Part shown: positions 19,846 through 30,152 of the stretch, in pieces
Layout: the number at the start of each line of letters is the position of its first letter
Numbering within the stretch: position 1 is the first letter of the stretch
Assembly: GCA_963718615.1 (NCBI GenBank)
Contig: OY970368.1
Span: forward strand, 5,216,001-5,280,000
Direction: 5' to 3'
Length of the DNA: 64,000 bases
Origin: an uncultured cyanobacterium
Lineage (GTDB): Bacteria; Cyanobacteriota; Cyanobacteriia; PCC-9006; JAAUQQ01
The notes under the pieces: generated by a model
The model's database searches: none
Told to the model about the DNA's origin: nothing
What the model saw: the letters and a program-made list of their open reading frames with translations, nothing else
Made by a program: the position numbers and the translations under genes

Positions 19846-21324
19846 ATGACCTTTGCCAACCTGGGCCTCCGGGCCGAATTACTTCAGGCGATCGCCGACC
19901 AAGGCTACACAACGCCCACACCCATCCAACAGCAGGCCATCCCGGTCGTCCTAGAGGGACATGATGTCTTGGCCGGGGCTCAGACCGGCACAGGCAAAAC
20001 CGCTGGCTTCACGCTGCCCTTGCTCCAGCGGCTGATGGCCAACGCCCCAGAACCGCGCAGTGCTGACTCCCCTGGGTCTCCGAAGCGGTTGCCTAGCCGT
20101 CCCCCGATTCGTGCCTTAATTCTGACCCCGACCCGTGAGCTCGCAGCCCAGGTGGCCGAAAATGTCAGTCTTTACAGTCAGCATTTGCCGCTGAAATGTA
20201 CGGTGATGTTTGGGGGGGTGAATATCAATCCCCAGATGGCGCGGCTGCGGCGGGGAGTGGACATTCTGGTGGCGACGCCGGGACGCTTGCTTGACCATGT
20301 GGGACGGGGGACGGCGGATCTATCCCAGGTGGAGATCTTGGTGTTGGATGAGGCCGATCGCATGCTCGACATGGGCTTTATCCACGACATTCGCAAAATT
20401 CTGGCCCTCTTACCCAAACAGCGGCAGAATTTGCTGTTCTCGGCGACGTTTTCTCGGGAAATCAAACAGCTCGCTGATGGCTTTTTGAAAGACCCGGTAA
20501 TGCTAGAAGCGGCGCGGCAAAATACCGCAGCGGAAACGGTGGAGCAGGTGGTTTATCCGGTGGATCGCAAACGCAAACGGGAATTGCTTTCCTATCTGAT
20601 TGGCTCCCGCAACTGGGATCAGGTTTTGGTGTTTACGCGGACCAAGCACGGGGCCAACCGCTTGGCCCAGCAACTGGAAGAGGATGGCTTGCGATCGGCA
20701 GCCATCCATGGCAACAAGAGCCAAGGGGCTCGAACGCGGGCCTTGGCTGGGTTTAAGGAGGGTGCAGTCCGGGTGCTCGTAGCCACGGATATTGCGGCGC
20801 GAGGGCTAGATATTGACCAGTTGCCCCATGTGGTCAATTTTGAGTTGCCCAATGTGCCGGAGGACTATGTGCACCGGATTGGTCGCACCGGGCGAGCGGG
20901 TCATGTGGGGGTGGCGGTGTCGCTGCTGTCCTCCGATGAAACTAAGTTTATGCAAGATATCGAGCGGTTGCTAAAGCAAAAGATTGAGCGGGAGACGATT
21001 CCGGGGTTTGAGCTCAATTCCATGCCTTCTCGGGGAGAGGGGGATGAACGGGAGCGATCGCCCGACCGAGACTATCCCCGCCGAGGCCCCCGCACCGGTC
21101 GCAGCGATAAACCTCGCCATGCGGAAAAACGTAGCACGAGTGCCCCACCGCGTGAAAAAAATCATGCTGAAGCGCAGGGGACAGCAAAAGCCTCGCCCAA
21201 AATTACCCCCAAATCCGGTGCACAACCCAAGCCGAAGAGTCGAGGTTCTGAAGCGAATTATTCTGGGGAGATGCAGCCTAAGGCACGGCGGCGATCGCGT
21301 CCTACAGGTCGGAAAGCCCACTGA
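19846..21324 (+). CDS. rhlE: DEAD-box RNA helicase, RhlE/CrhC-like
   Basis: Q motif, [31 protein letters not shown]. Confidence 0.92.
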   Translation: MTFANLGLRAELLQAIADQGYTTPTPIQQQAIPVVLEGHDVLAGAQTGTGKTAGFTLPLLQRLMANAPEPRSADSPGSPKRLPSRPPIRALILTPTRELAAQVAENVSLYSQHLPLKCTVMFGGVNINPQMARLRRGVDILVATPGRLLDHVGRGTADLSQVEILVLDEADRMLDMGFIHDIRKILALLPKQRQNLLFSATFSREIKQLADGFLKDPVMLEAARQNTAAETVEQVVYPVDRKRKRELLSYLIGSRNWDQVLVFTRTKHGANRLAQQLEEDGLRSAAIHGNKSQGARTRALAGFKEGAVRVLVATDIAARGLDIDQLPHVVNFELPNVPEDYVHRIGRTGRAGHVGVAVSLLSSDETKFMQDIERLLKQKIERETIPGFELNSMPSRGEGDERERSPDRDYPRRGPRTGRSDKPRHAEKRSTSAPPREKNHAEAQGTAKASPKITPKSGAQPKPKSRGSEANYSGEMQPKARRRSRPTGRKAH

Positions 21325-21373
21325 GTAAAAGGGTGATCAAAAAACAACAAGAAGGAGTAAAGGGTTAGTTTTC

Positions 21374-21423
21374 GTGAATCCACTTAGTGAGTTCGTTCCG
21401 GGTCTTAAACTGAGTGGATTCAC
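21374..21423. repeat. 15-bp inverted repeat between convergent genes
   Basis: GTGAATCCACTTAGT-N20-ACTGAGTGGATTCAC (1 mismatch). Confidence 0.75.
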
Positions 21424-21491
21424 ACCATAACCCAGCTAGGATCTGGTTGATAAATTGCCTCCAACACACCCAGCCCCAAAACCAATGTCAT

Positions 21492-21802
21492 TTAAGGTCG
21501 CTGAAGACGATAGGATGCGAGAAGTTGCTCTACAAGACCTGTAGAGACTCGAAAAGATGTTTTTTGCAGGTTCACAATCGCCGTTGGAAAATCCAATAAA
21601 CCAGCAAGCCCCGCCTGGTAAAGAATGCCAAGGGTGCCAGTTATAGTAAGTTTATAGCTTTGCGCCGCGAGTCTAGCATCTAGGTCGTCAATGATAATAA
21701 GCTGTGATTGGAGGGAAACTGCCAGTGAGATGGCTTCACATTCCCCGTCACACAAATTCGTCGGCAAATTTTTATGGGTGAAGTATCACTGATGATGATC
21801 AT
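21492..21802 (-). pseudogene. DUF3368 PIN-like toxin, internally deleted and frameshifted
   Basis: ATG at 21802 reads MIIISDTSPI, out of frame with LCDGECEAISLA...IIDDLDAR...GTLGIL; middle of the protein missing. Confidence 0.8.
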
Positions 21803-22067
21803 GCTGATTGATTACCTGGGCGATCGCTTGAACATCGTTTTCAACCTCTTCTAAGGTGTAAGGAAGATAGGCTTCATACTGCTTGAGAAAAGCATCCGTC
21901 GCGAGGCGAGAGGGAAACTGAAGCAGACGTTGAACCTCTGTAGCAGTCATGAGACGTGCCTTATAAGCCTCAACCGCCACAGCTTCGATGGCTCGACGAG
22001 ACAGTGCATCCGCATGTCCCTGAAGGCGCTGCTCTAAATCCTGGGGAATGGGAAGGGTAATTTGCAT
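21786..22067 (-). CDS. UPF0175-family antitoxin-like protein
   Basis: MQITLPIP...AIEAVAVEAY...SRLATDAFLK...YLPYTLEEVEND; overlaps the toxin start. Confidence 0.8.
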   Translation of the reverse strand: MQITLPIPQDLEQRLQGHADALSRRAIEAVAVEAYKARLMTATEVQRLLQFPSRLATDAFLKQYEAYLPYTLEEVENDVQAIAQVINQHDHHQ

Positions 22068-22197
22068 GGCTTGCAAGTCTAGACGCGAAGTCCGGCATTA
22101 TTCTGGGATATTTCCATTGTCCTACACCAACCCAAAGCTGGCCACAGCGATACAATAAACAGGCATCGTCACCAAACTTTACCTTCTGCCCCTCCCT

Positions 22198-23043
22198 ATG
22201 CGCCGCTTGTTTTCCCGCCTAACCGCTTTCTGTCTGAGCTTACTCTTAGGCATTTTGGTGGGCTGCGGGGTTCCTCAACCTGCCCAGGCCGCTAGCCCTG
22301 ATCCAGAACTGCAAGCGATCTACCAAGACCTGGGTAACTTGTATCAGCAAGCCATGGTCGCCACCCAAAGCGGCGACTTTAACCAGGCCGAAGCCCTCTG
22401 GACCGAGGCCATCGAGCGCATGCCCAGCAACCCCGCAACCTGGAGCAATCGAGGCAATTCGCGGGTGAGTCAGTTTAAGTTGGAGGAGGCGATCGCCGAC
22501 TTTAATCAGGCTGTGGAATTGGCCCCGGATCAACCGGATCCCTATCTCAATCGCGGGACCGCCTGGGAAGGGTTGGGGGAATGGGATCGGGCGATCGCCG
22601 ACTACAACAAAGCCTTAGAAATCGCCCCTGATGACCCGATCGCCCTGAATAATCGTGGCAATGCCCAGGGCGGAAAAGGCGATTGGGAAGCAGCATTAGC
22701 AGACTTTCATCAGGCCGCAGAACTAGCACCGGGGGTTGCGTTACCCAATATCAACTATGCCCTGGCGACTTATCAGCTAGGCGATAAGCAAGCCGGAACT
22801 CGGTTTATTCGCAACTTGGTTCGGCGCTATGGCCAAGCAGCAGATCCTCGCGCCGCCTTGACAGCGGTGTTGTGGGACCAAGGCATGCAGGGGGAAGCGG
22901 AAAGCAATTGGGTGGCGGCGATCGGCTTGGATAATCGCTATCGGGATCTGGATTGGGTAGCCCATATTCGCCGTTGGCCACCGGTTTTGGTCCAAGCGCT
23001 GGAACGGTTTTTGAAATTGGAATCGGTTCCCCAAAATTCCTAA
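22198..23043 (+). CDS. TPR-repeat protein with signal peptide
   Basis: Repeated NRGN...AIADFN/YNKA TPR units. Confidence 0.9.
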   Translation: MRRLFSRLTAFCLSLLLGILVGCGVPQPAQAASPDPELQAIYQDLGNLYQQAMVATQSGDFNQAEALWTEAIERMPSNPATWSNRGNSRVSQFKLEEAIADFNQAVELAPDQPDPYLNRGTAWEGLGEWDRAIADYNKALEIAPDDPIALNNRGNAQGGKGDWEAALADFHQAAELAPGVALPNINYALATYQLGDKQAGTRFIRNLVRRYGQAADPRAALTAVLWDQGMQGEAESNWVAAIGLDNRYRDLDWVAHIRRWPPVLVQALERFLKLESVPQNS

Positions 23044-23049
23044 GCGAGA

Positions 23050-23547
23050 ATGCTTAATCCTATGGTGCATCTGCCTGACGATTATCAGCTCCGACCTGCC
23101 CAAGCCGAGGATTTACCAGAGATTCGGCGGTTGGTTTTATCGGAATGGCTGGATCCAACCCAATTGCAATGGCAACAGTTTTGGGTCATTGTCACCCGCC
23201 CAACCGGTGAAAGTTTCACCCCAGCACTCATCGCCTGCGGCCAATTGCGGTCCTTTGAAGGTGCCCAGGAATTGGGCAGTGTGGTCGTGCGCAAAGATCT
23301 GCGCGGGAAAGGATTAGGCAGCGATTTAATTCAGCATTTAATTGCCCAAGCAACCCAGCCATTGTACTTAGAATGCTTGGGCAAAGGTCGCACTAGGTTT
23401 TACGAGCGGTTTGGATTTGTGCCCGTGCGGTGGGGAGCGTTACCGCGATCGCTCCGGTTCAAATTTGGCCCCTCGGCGATCGCCTCCCAAGTGCTACGCC
23501 TCCCCATCACATTGATGCACTACTCTCCACTCACACCCGGCTCATAA
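23050..23547 (+). CDS. GNAT-family N-acetyltransferase
   Basis: ELGSVVV...RGKGLGS, FYERFGF. Confidence 0.88.
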   Translation: MLNPMVHLPDDYQLRPAQAEDLPEIRRLVLSEWLDPTQLQWQQFWVIVTRPTGESFTPALIACGQLRSFEGAQELGSVVVRKDLRGKGLGSDLIQHLIAQATQPLYLECLGKGRTRFYERFGFVPVRWGALPRSLRFKFGPSAIASQVLRLPITLMHYSPLTPGS

Positions 23548-24664
23548 GATACTGGCCGTTACCGTTATACTCACCCTCACAGGTCGAAAAAATGGTTCCA
23601 GTCAGCAGGAGATAGAACCGCCATATTCGGCGGAATTTAGCGTAGTCCATGCCATAGTCTAGAGCACAAACGCTGTCTTGAGCATCATCAAATCGCTGCA
23701 ACCACACAGTCAAGGTTTTGTGATAATTCATCCCATTCATGTACCACCGGTTAACCGTTTTGAGATCGCGGCTATGGCTGGGAACAGCATCATAATTCCA
23801 GTAGCGACCGTGGGGGAAAATGTATTTGTGCGTAAAGCCAGACGACATTGGGTTGGGGATACGGGCGGTAATGATATGAATGAAGACTTTACCGTCGGGT
23901 TTAAGCAAAGAGGCTAGCTTTTGAAAGGCATTTGTGAGATTACCCACATGACAAAAGACGCCAATAGAGAGAATCTTATCAAATTTCTCATCAAACTCTA
24001 CCTCGTTCAAATCGCCTTCATACAAGCTAAACCGGCCAGAACTTAGGTAACTCTCCGGATCTTGCATTTTGTGACGCATGTATTCGCACTGTTGATGGCT
24101 TAGGTTCAGCCCGGTAAAGCGAACATTGGGAAACTTAGACAGGATATAATTGGGTACGCAGCCCCAGCCACAGCCAAAATCTAAAATGTGGTCGCCATCG
24201 CGGATTTCAAACCGTTCAATGATCTGATCGATCATGTGCATTTGGGATTGCTCTAGATCGATCGCCCCACGCTCCCAAAACCCAGTGCTGTATTTGGGAT
24301 AAATCACTGGCCAGTCTCCCAACATACGATTTAGCAACGCTTGAGGCAAGTCATACTGCACCTTCATCAGTTCTGTTGAGGATTCAGCCAAATGCTCAGA
24401 TTCCTGGAGTACCCACTCATAGGGAGCCAGCAAAGCGGGGCAATGTTGAAACAAAATGGGCATTGACTGGTGGATCAACGCCCGAAAGGCAGAATCTGAG
24501 ATTTCTAAACCATTGATATAAGCTTCTGCCAAAGCCATTTGAGCCCCATTGCAAGCTCTGGCCATGAGTCGCGTTGCTTGGTAGGCGATCGGATCCTTAA
24601 GGTTGATATCTCCAACAGCGGGGATATGCTTTTGGAGACCTGATAGTAGATTCGTAGAAGTCAT
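23531..24664 (-). CDS. SAM-dependent methyltransferase, cyclopropane-fatty-acyl-phospholipid synthase-like
   Basis: KYSTGFW, ILDFGCGWG, FDKILSIG, YIFPHG, YHKTLTVW. Confidence 0.85.
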   Translation of the reverse strand: MTSTNLLSGLQKHIPAVGDINLKDPIAYQATRLMARACNGAQMALAEAYINGLEISDSAFRALIHQSMPILFQHCPALLAPYEWVLQESEHLAESSTELMKVQYDLPQALLNRMLGDWPVIYPKYSTGFWERGAIDLEQSQMHMIDQIIERFEIRDGDHILDFGCGWGCVPNYILSKFPNVRFTGLNLSHQQCEYMRHKMQDPESYLSSGRFSLYEGDLNEVEFDEKFDKILSIGVFCHVGNLTNAFQKLASLLKPDGKVFIHIITARIPNPMSSGFTHKYIFPHGRYWNYDAVPSHSRDLKTVNRWYMNGMNYHKTLTVWLQRFDDAQDSVCALDYGMDYAKFRRIWRFYLLLTGTIFSTCEGEYNGNGQYLMSRV

Positions 24665-24744
24665 TTTGGTTTCTCTAAGCTCAGAAAAAACTCAGCGAAC
24701 AGACCACGAAAGACATCAACTTGAGAAATATTGGGCTTGTAACC

Positions 24745-24772
24745 ACTCAAGTGCCATATATGGCACTTGAGT
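24745..24772. repeat. Perfect 28-bp palindrome
   Basis: ACTCAAGTGCCATATATGGCACTTGAGT. Confidence 0.9.
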
Positions 24773-24823
24773 CATCATCCACAGTATGGGGCTTAGTATA
24801 ACAAGCCTTTTATTTCTCGATGA

Positions 24824-25741
24824 TTAAGAATCTACCGATGTTTCTACAGCAACTGAAAACTCCAAATGCTGATTTTCTGTATTTTTGTGCCGAGCACGCC
24901 CCAGCAGCTTCGCCTCACTGGGCACCTTGATATGGGAGGCCAACGAGACCGACTCCAGCCCCTGGATCAACCAAAACGTAGGATCCGGTAAATAGACCAC
25001 TTTGCCATCCCGAATCGTAATGCCATGGCGGCAGGAGGCTTGAAAAGCATGATGAAGATTATGCCAGCCTTCACCGACAGTTAAAAACGCAACAAACCCA
25101 TTATTGCGGCTGTGGTCATCGGTGATAAAGGGCTGATCCCCCACCAAATGCGCCAGGGAATTAACCGTTTGAATCCCGTGAAACAGTAGGGTTGTACTGA
25201 GGAAAAACGCACCGAGATATTCAAGTCCCCCGATGCCATAGGACAGTAACCCCAAAGCCACCAGTGGGACAAAGTGAAGGCGATCGAGCGTTTTTAACAC
25301 CCTGTCATTTTCCACATCCATCGGCAGCTGCGCCGGGAAAAATTGACGGGAGAGCAGCCACCCCCCCTGAGCCCAATAAAATCCCTTGCCTCCCGCAGCC
25401 GGAGCATGGGGGGAGTGGGGATCCAGCTCCGTATCGACCTGTTGGTGATGGACCAGATGATGAGCCTTCCACCAGCTCGGCCCCATTTGTCCTGCGGCAG
25501 CGGCCAAAACACACCCCACCCACAAAACGCCAATCGGCGCTTGGTAAGCCCGATGGGTCAGTAACCGATGGTAAACCGTGCTGGTGGCCAAGGCGCGAAT
25601 GACATACAGCAGCACTATCCAGAGAACAGCCCCCCAGGAGAGGCCCGTGAATAACAGCAGCAGTGAGCCGAGATGACTGACAATGATGAACGTTGGGCCT
25701 AAAAGGTAGGAAACCAACGTGAGTGTAGAGTAATGCCTCAT
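24824..25741 (-). CDS. Delta-9-type membrane fatty-acid desaturase
   Basis: His boxes HRLLTH, HHLVHH, GEGWHNLHH; DPHSP; ATG at 25741 chosen as start. Confidence 0.9.
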   Translation of the reverse strand: MRHYSTLTLVSYLLGPTFIIVSHLGSLLLLFTGLSWGAVLWIVLLYVIRALATSTVYHRLLTHRAYQAPIGVLWVGCVLAAAAGQMGPSWWKAHHLVHHQQVDTELDPHSPHAPAAGGKGFYWAQGGWLLSRQFFPAQLPMDVENDRVLKTLDRLHFVPLVALGLLSYGIGGLEYLGAFFLSTTLLFHGIQTVNSLAHLVGDQPFITDDHSRNNGFVAFLTVGEGWHNLHHAFQASCRHGITIRDGKVVYLPDPTFWLIQGLESVSLASHIKVPSEAKLLGRARHKNTENQHLEFSVAVETSVDS

Positions 25742-26137
25742 GATTAATTTTCTACGGTGCCTCGACGGATAAGAGAGCAAAAAACGAAAACGAGAAAGAC
25801 AATGGACAAAGCTCCCTAGATGCTAGGCATCAGAATAAAGACAGGAAAGGTCAATGGGCGTCAGGTTTTATTGAAATAGTGATATGCTCAAAACCCTCAA
25901 AACCCGACCCTATCAGTCAATATAGCGAACTCGGTGTACTCCTGTTGAGGCTGGCCAGCGCAAGATAATCAAGGTTCAGCCCTAGGGCCGAGGCTTACTG
26001 CGCGTAAACACCTGCCAACCAATAAACAGCGCAAAGGCACAATAGCTACCGAGGGCTAGGGCATCTTGCCAATGGGTCAAAAATCCGGGATGCAGGGGTT
26101 CCATGGGAATAGCGATCGCTCATACTCATTCATAAGA

Positions 26138-28343
26138 TTAGGCCAATGGCGCGGTGGCGACAATCCAGGCGATCGCCCCCTCCAAAACCCGCTCCTGCCC
26201 CACCCATTGCCCAAACTGTGCCTTGACTTGCTGCAACGATTGCGGCGATAGGTGCTGAGCCAAAAGCGACCCGTAGCTGCGCGATCGCCCATCAAACCAC
26301 CGCTCCACCAAGGCCTCTGTCACCCGCAGGGGCACCGCCGTCCGCTCCACCGTCACCGTGATCGCTAACCCCGCCCGCTGAAACCAAACCTCCAACTCCG
26401 CCACCCCCCAAAATAACGAGACGTCTTGGTCATAAAACATCGACTCCGCCCTTCTGGAGCTGCTTCAGCAACTTGGAGTCAGTCTCCCGATTGTCTAGCC
26501 AAGCCGATAGCCGTTGACCCAACCGAGGCACATTTTCCACTAGGACACACCGTCCCGCTGGAGCCAGCAACGCTGAAATTTCCTGCACCCTGGCCGCTGG
26601 GTTTTCCAACCCACTCAAGCCATTGCGCCCCACAATCCGCTCAAACACAGGCTGGGGCTGAACGTCCTCCGGTTGGACTCCGCCTTGCTCCTGTCTCACG
26701 TCTACCCCAGGCCGGAGCAACTCGGGCAAATCCAGCGCTTGCTGCCGCAACTGCTCCGCCTCCGCCTCCGTTCGCACCCAGGCCCAAACCCCTCCCTCCG
26801 GGACCCGACGCAGGGCCTCCCAGGTGAGTAAACCACTACCGGCATTCATGTCCAAAACGCGGTGATGGCGTTGACATTGGGTAAGTTCGAAGAGGCGATC
26901 GCGCACCCCTCCCAACCGCTCCCCCGACTGCCCCATCGCCCGCTGCAACCACCGATCCGCCTGACGATTCACTGGCCCAAAACTCAACACCTCCGGAATC
27001 CCCAAATCCCCATCCGCAAGGGCTGCAATCTGAGCCTCCCGCCGCTGACTAATTTGCATCGCCAACCGACCTTCCCAACCCTGATCCGCAGGCTGATAAA
27101 ACGCCTGTCCCTGTAGCCCATTCGGCAAATATTGTTGCGCCACCCAGTGGTCCCGGTAGGCATGGGGATATTTGTAGTTGGCCCCATGGCCAAAGCTGTG
27201 TTTGTCGCGGTTGCTGTCCTTGAGGTGATTGGGAATATCCTCGGCGCGCTCCTGCTGAACGACCTTGAGCGCCTCAAAAAAGCCCATGGTGCTGTTGGAT
27301 TTTGGGGCATTGGCCAAATACAGAGTTGCCTGGGCCAGGGGATACTGCCCCTCCGGGAGGCCAATGCGATCGAACGCTGCCGCACAGGCCATCACCACGC
27401 CCACCGCCTGGGGATCCGCTAGGCCAATATCCTCGCTGGCCAGAATGATCAACCGCCGAAAAATAAAACGCGGGTCCTCACCGCTATAAACCATCCGCGC
27501 CAGCCAATAGAGCGCCGCATCAGGATCCGAGCCCCGCACACTTTTAATCAAGGCACTGATCGTATCGAAATGGGCATCTCCCTCTTTGTCATACAACACA
27601 GCTCGCTGCTGGATCGATTCCTCCGCCACTTCCAGGGTGATGGAAACCTGGCCATCGGCAGCGGGTGGCGTGGTTTCCACCGCCAGTTCTAGGGCATTGA
27701 GCAGGGCGCGGGCATCGCCGTTGGCCACATTGACGAGATGATTGCGGGCGTCGGGGGTGATTTGGACCAGGCGATCGCCATACCCCCGCTGCGAATCCGC
27801 CAAAGCCTGATCCAAAACCCGCTGCAAATCTGCATCCTGAAGCGACTGGAGCTGGAATAGACGCGATCGCGACACCAGCGCCTTATTTACCTCAAAATAG
27901 GGATTTTCCGTAGTTGCACCAATCAAAATAATCGTGCCATTTTCCACCCAGGGCAAAAGCGCATCCTGCTGGGCTTTGTTAAACCGATGGACTTCATCCA
28001 CAAACAAAATCGTGCGCTGACCAAAACGGCCCCGGTGATCCTGGGCGGTGGCGATCGCCTCGCGAATCTCCTTAACCCCCGCCAGCACAGCATTAATGGC
28101 GATGAAATGGGCTCGGGTTGTATTGGCAATAATCTGAGCTAGGGTGGTTTTGCCCGTACCGGGGGGACCGTAGAAAATCAGCGACGAGAGTTGGTCGGCG
28201 GCGATCGCCCGTCTCAACAACCGACCCGGCCCAATAATTCCATCCTGCCCCACAAACTCATCCAGCGTACGGGGACGCATCCGAGCCGCAAGCGGGGCAT
28301 CGGTTTGGCTGAGCTGATGGCTGTGGTGCTGAAAGAGGTCCAT
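26138..28343 (-). CDS. rarA: RarA/MgsA AAA+ ATPase with C-terminal methyltransferase-like domain; frameshift near 26450 separates the last ~100 aa
   Basis: [47 protein letters not shown]; ORFs 26430-28343 and 26138-26440 join if one base is removed. Confidence 0.85.
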
Positions 28344-28393
28344 GGGGCAGGATCACAGCGTGCCCGCTGTAGCGGCAGTTCCGTTTGCCTAGC

Positions 28394-29185
28394 CTAGGGC
28401 TCAGCCAGCGTGGCCGTCAATCCTGAAGCTTGCTCCAATTGACGTTTCAGGTCAAAGCCCCACTCGCGCTCCGTTAGAATCTTTAAGACCGCTGTAGGTG
28501 TTTCCAGGGATTCTGTCAATTCAGATTCTGCCGATCCAGATTCTGCCGATCCAGATTCTGTCGATCCAGATTCTGTGACTTCTGTCCCTTCTGTCGCCAC
28601 CGGATTGTAATCCAAGCTAATTTCCAACAGCTTTTCAGACTGGGTCATAAAGAGCCCAGAAACCCCAAATAGCAAGGTTTTTGCGACCCGTTCTCCCGTT
28701 TTATGATTAATTTCCTCCCGAGCAGAAAGGGCACGGAGCTGGTCGGTTTTTAGCGTCAGGCTGCGCGTACTTTTCTGCCCTTCTAACACCGTTAACCCCT
28801 CCCCCACTTCGTAATAGACCGTGAGCGAATTTTGGTCCAGCATAAACTTGCAGTTTTCGGTTTTCGCGGTTCCTTCCAGGGTCAAGGTACAGCGCCCTTC
28901 TTGTCCACTGCGGGTTTTGAGCGCGACGGGCGCAACATAGCCCTCACAGCGACTGTTGTAGGGAAATCTGGAGCAAAGCTGATACAGTTGCTCTTCATTG
29001 AGGGACTCGGCGGCGATCGCCCGAGACGACATTACCCCATCCCTCAGCCCGATCCCCAGTCCTGCCAGGAGCAATAGGCCAAGCGCCCGATGGGAGAGGG
29101 GCTGAAATAACCAGGGGGTCAGTCTGCATAGGGGCCCAACCGCAGGGTTCGTCATCATCATGGTTACTCCTAAAACGGCAGCCAA
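28394..29185 (-). CDS. Hypothetical exported protein with short ESGSA/ESGST repeats
   Basis: Signal-like hydrophobic segment, CSRFPYNSRC motif, 15-bp tandem repeat at about 28509-28576. Confidence 0.65.
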   Translation of the reverse strand: MAAVLGVTMMMTNPAVGPLCRLTPWLFQPLSHRALGLLLLAGLGIGLRDGVMSSRAIAAESLNEEQLYQLCSRFPYNSRCEGYVAPVALKTRSGQEGRCTLTLEGTAKTENCKFMLDQNSLTVYYEVGEGLTVLEGQKSTRSLTLKTDQLRALSAREEINHKTGERVAKTLLFGVSGLFMTQSEKLLEISLDYNPVATEGTEVTESGSTESGSAESGSAESELTESLETPTAVLKILTEREWGFDLKRQLEQASGLTATLAEP

Positions 29186-29246
29186 ATCTGGCTAGAGACA
29201 GTTACTGTCCGTTTATCAGGAGACAAAAGAAAATTTATACGGTAAA

Positions 29247-29987
29247 TCACGAGAAATTACGGCCCATTTTCTGACCCAGGAGACGGAAATATTCTCGCTT
29301 AACGATCTTATAGCACTCACAGGAAGCCGATTCCAAGGCAACCACATCCAAAATCGTAATCTTGCCCCGCGAGTAGCGAATAATTCCCCGCTCCTGCAAA
29401 AGGCTAGCGGCCACGGTCACCCCAGAGCGACGAATCCCCAGCATTTGGGCAATAAATTCTTGGGTCAAATGCAATTCATCGGAGGCTAAACAGTCCTCCA
29501 CCGAAAGCAGCCAACGCGCCAGACGTTCTTCAATGGTGTGCTGGCGATTGCAAGCTGCATTCTGCCCCACCTGAATCAATCGTGCCTGGGTGTATAGCAG
29601 CATGATCTTCTGAAACGTTTTGCCCTGCTGAAATTGCTTGATGAGCAACCCAGGATTCAAACGCAACGCAGTTCCAGAAACCTGAACAATAATCTGATTG
29701 AGCGATAGCTCTCCCCCAAGGATAATCGGCAGCCCAATCATCCCCTCCTTCCCGACCAAACTAATTTCGGTCGTTGCGCCATTCTCCATGATCGACACCA
29801 AAGAAATCATGGCAGTCAACGGAAAGTAAGCCGATTCAATAGGGGAACCAATTTCACAGAGTACGGAGCCAGACTCTAACGGTAAAAATTCCAGATGGGG
29901 CGCGATCGCATCATATTCATCGGGAGGCAACGCAGTAAGCAGATGATTATGGGGAGCTGAAAACTGAGACGGGATAGACGCTGGCAT
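29247..29987 (-). CDS. Crp/Fnr-family transcriptional regulator
   Basis: NHLLTALP, VGKEGMIG, ACNRQHTIEERLARWLL, HTH LTQEFIAQMLGIRRSGVT. Confidence 0.92.
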   Translation of the reverse strand: MPASIPSQFSAPHNHLLTALPPDEYDAIAPHLEFLPLESGSVLCEIGSPIESAYFPLTAMISLVSIMENGATTEISLVGKEGMIGLPIILGGELSLNQIIVQVSGTALRLNPGLLIKQFQQGKTFQKIMLLYTQARLIQVGQNAACNRQHTIEERLARWLLSVEDCLASDELHLTQEFIAQMLGIRRSGVTVAASLLQERGIIRYSRGKITILDVVALESASCECYKIVKREYFRLLGQKMGRNFS

Positions 29988-30152
29988 TACAACCGTAAGG
30001 AAAGATATCGTTGACTCAGCCCAAACTGCAACCGCGCCTTATCACAGCACGTTCTAAACCAATAGCCTCGTTCACATCCCTGCAGTCTAAAGCCTACTTC
30101 GCTTTAGTCTCAGTACGGTAGCGTACGGAAGGACCTGTAAACCCTCTATTTA

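Noticed and set aside
19846-21324. DEAD-box helicase as a CRISPR accessory
   Set aside because: Ordinary RhlE-type protein separated from the cas locus by an unrelated gene; only proximity supports it
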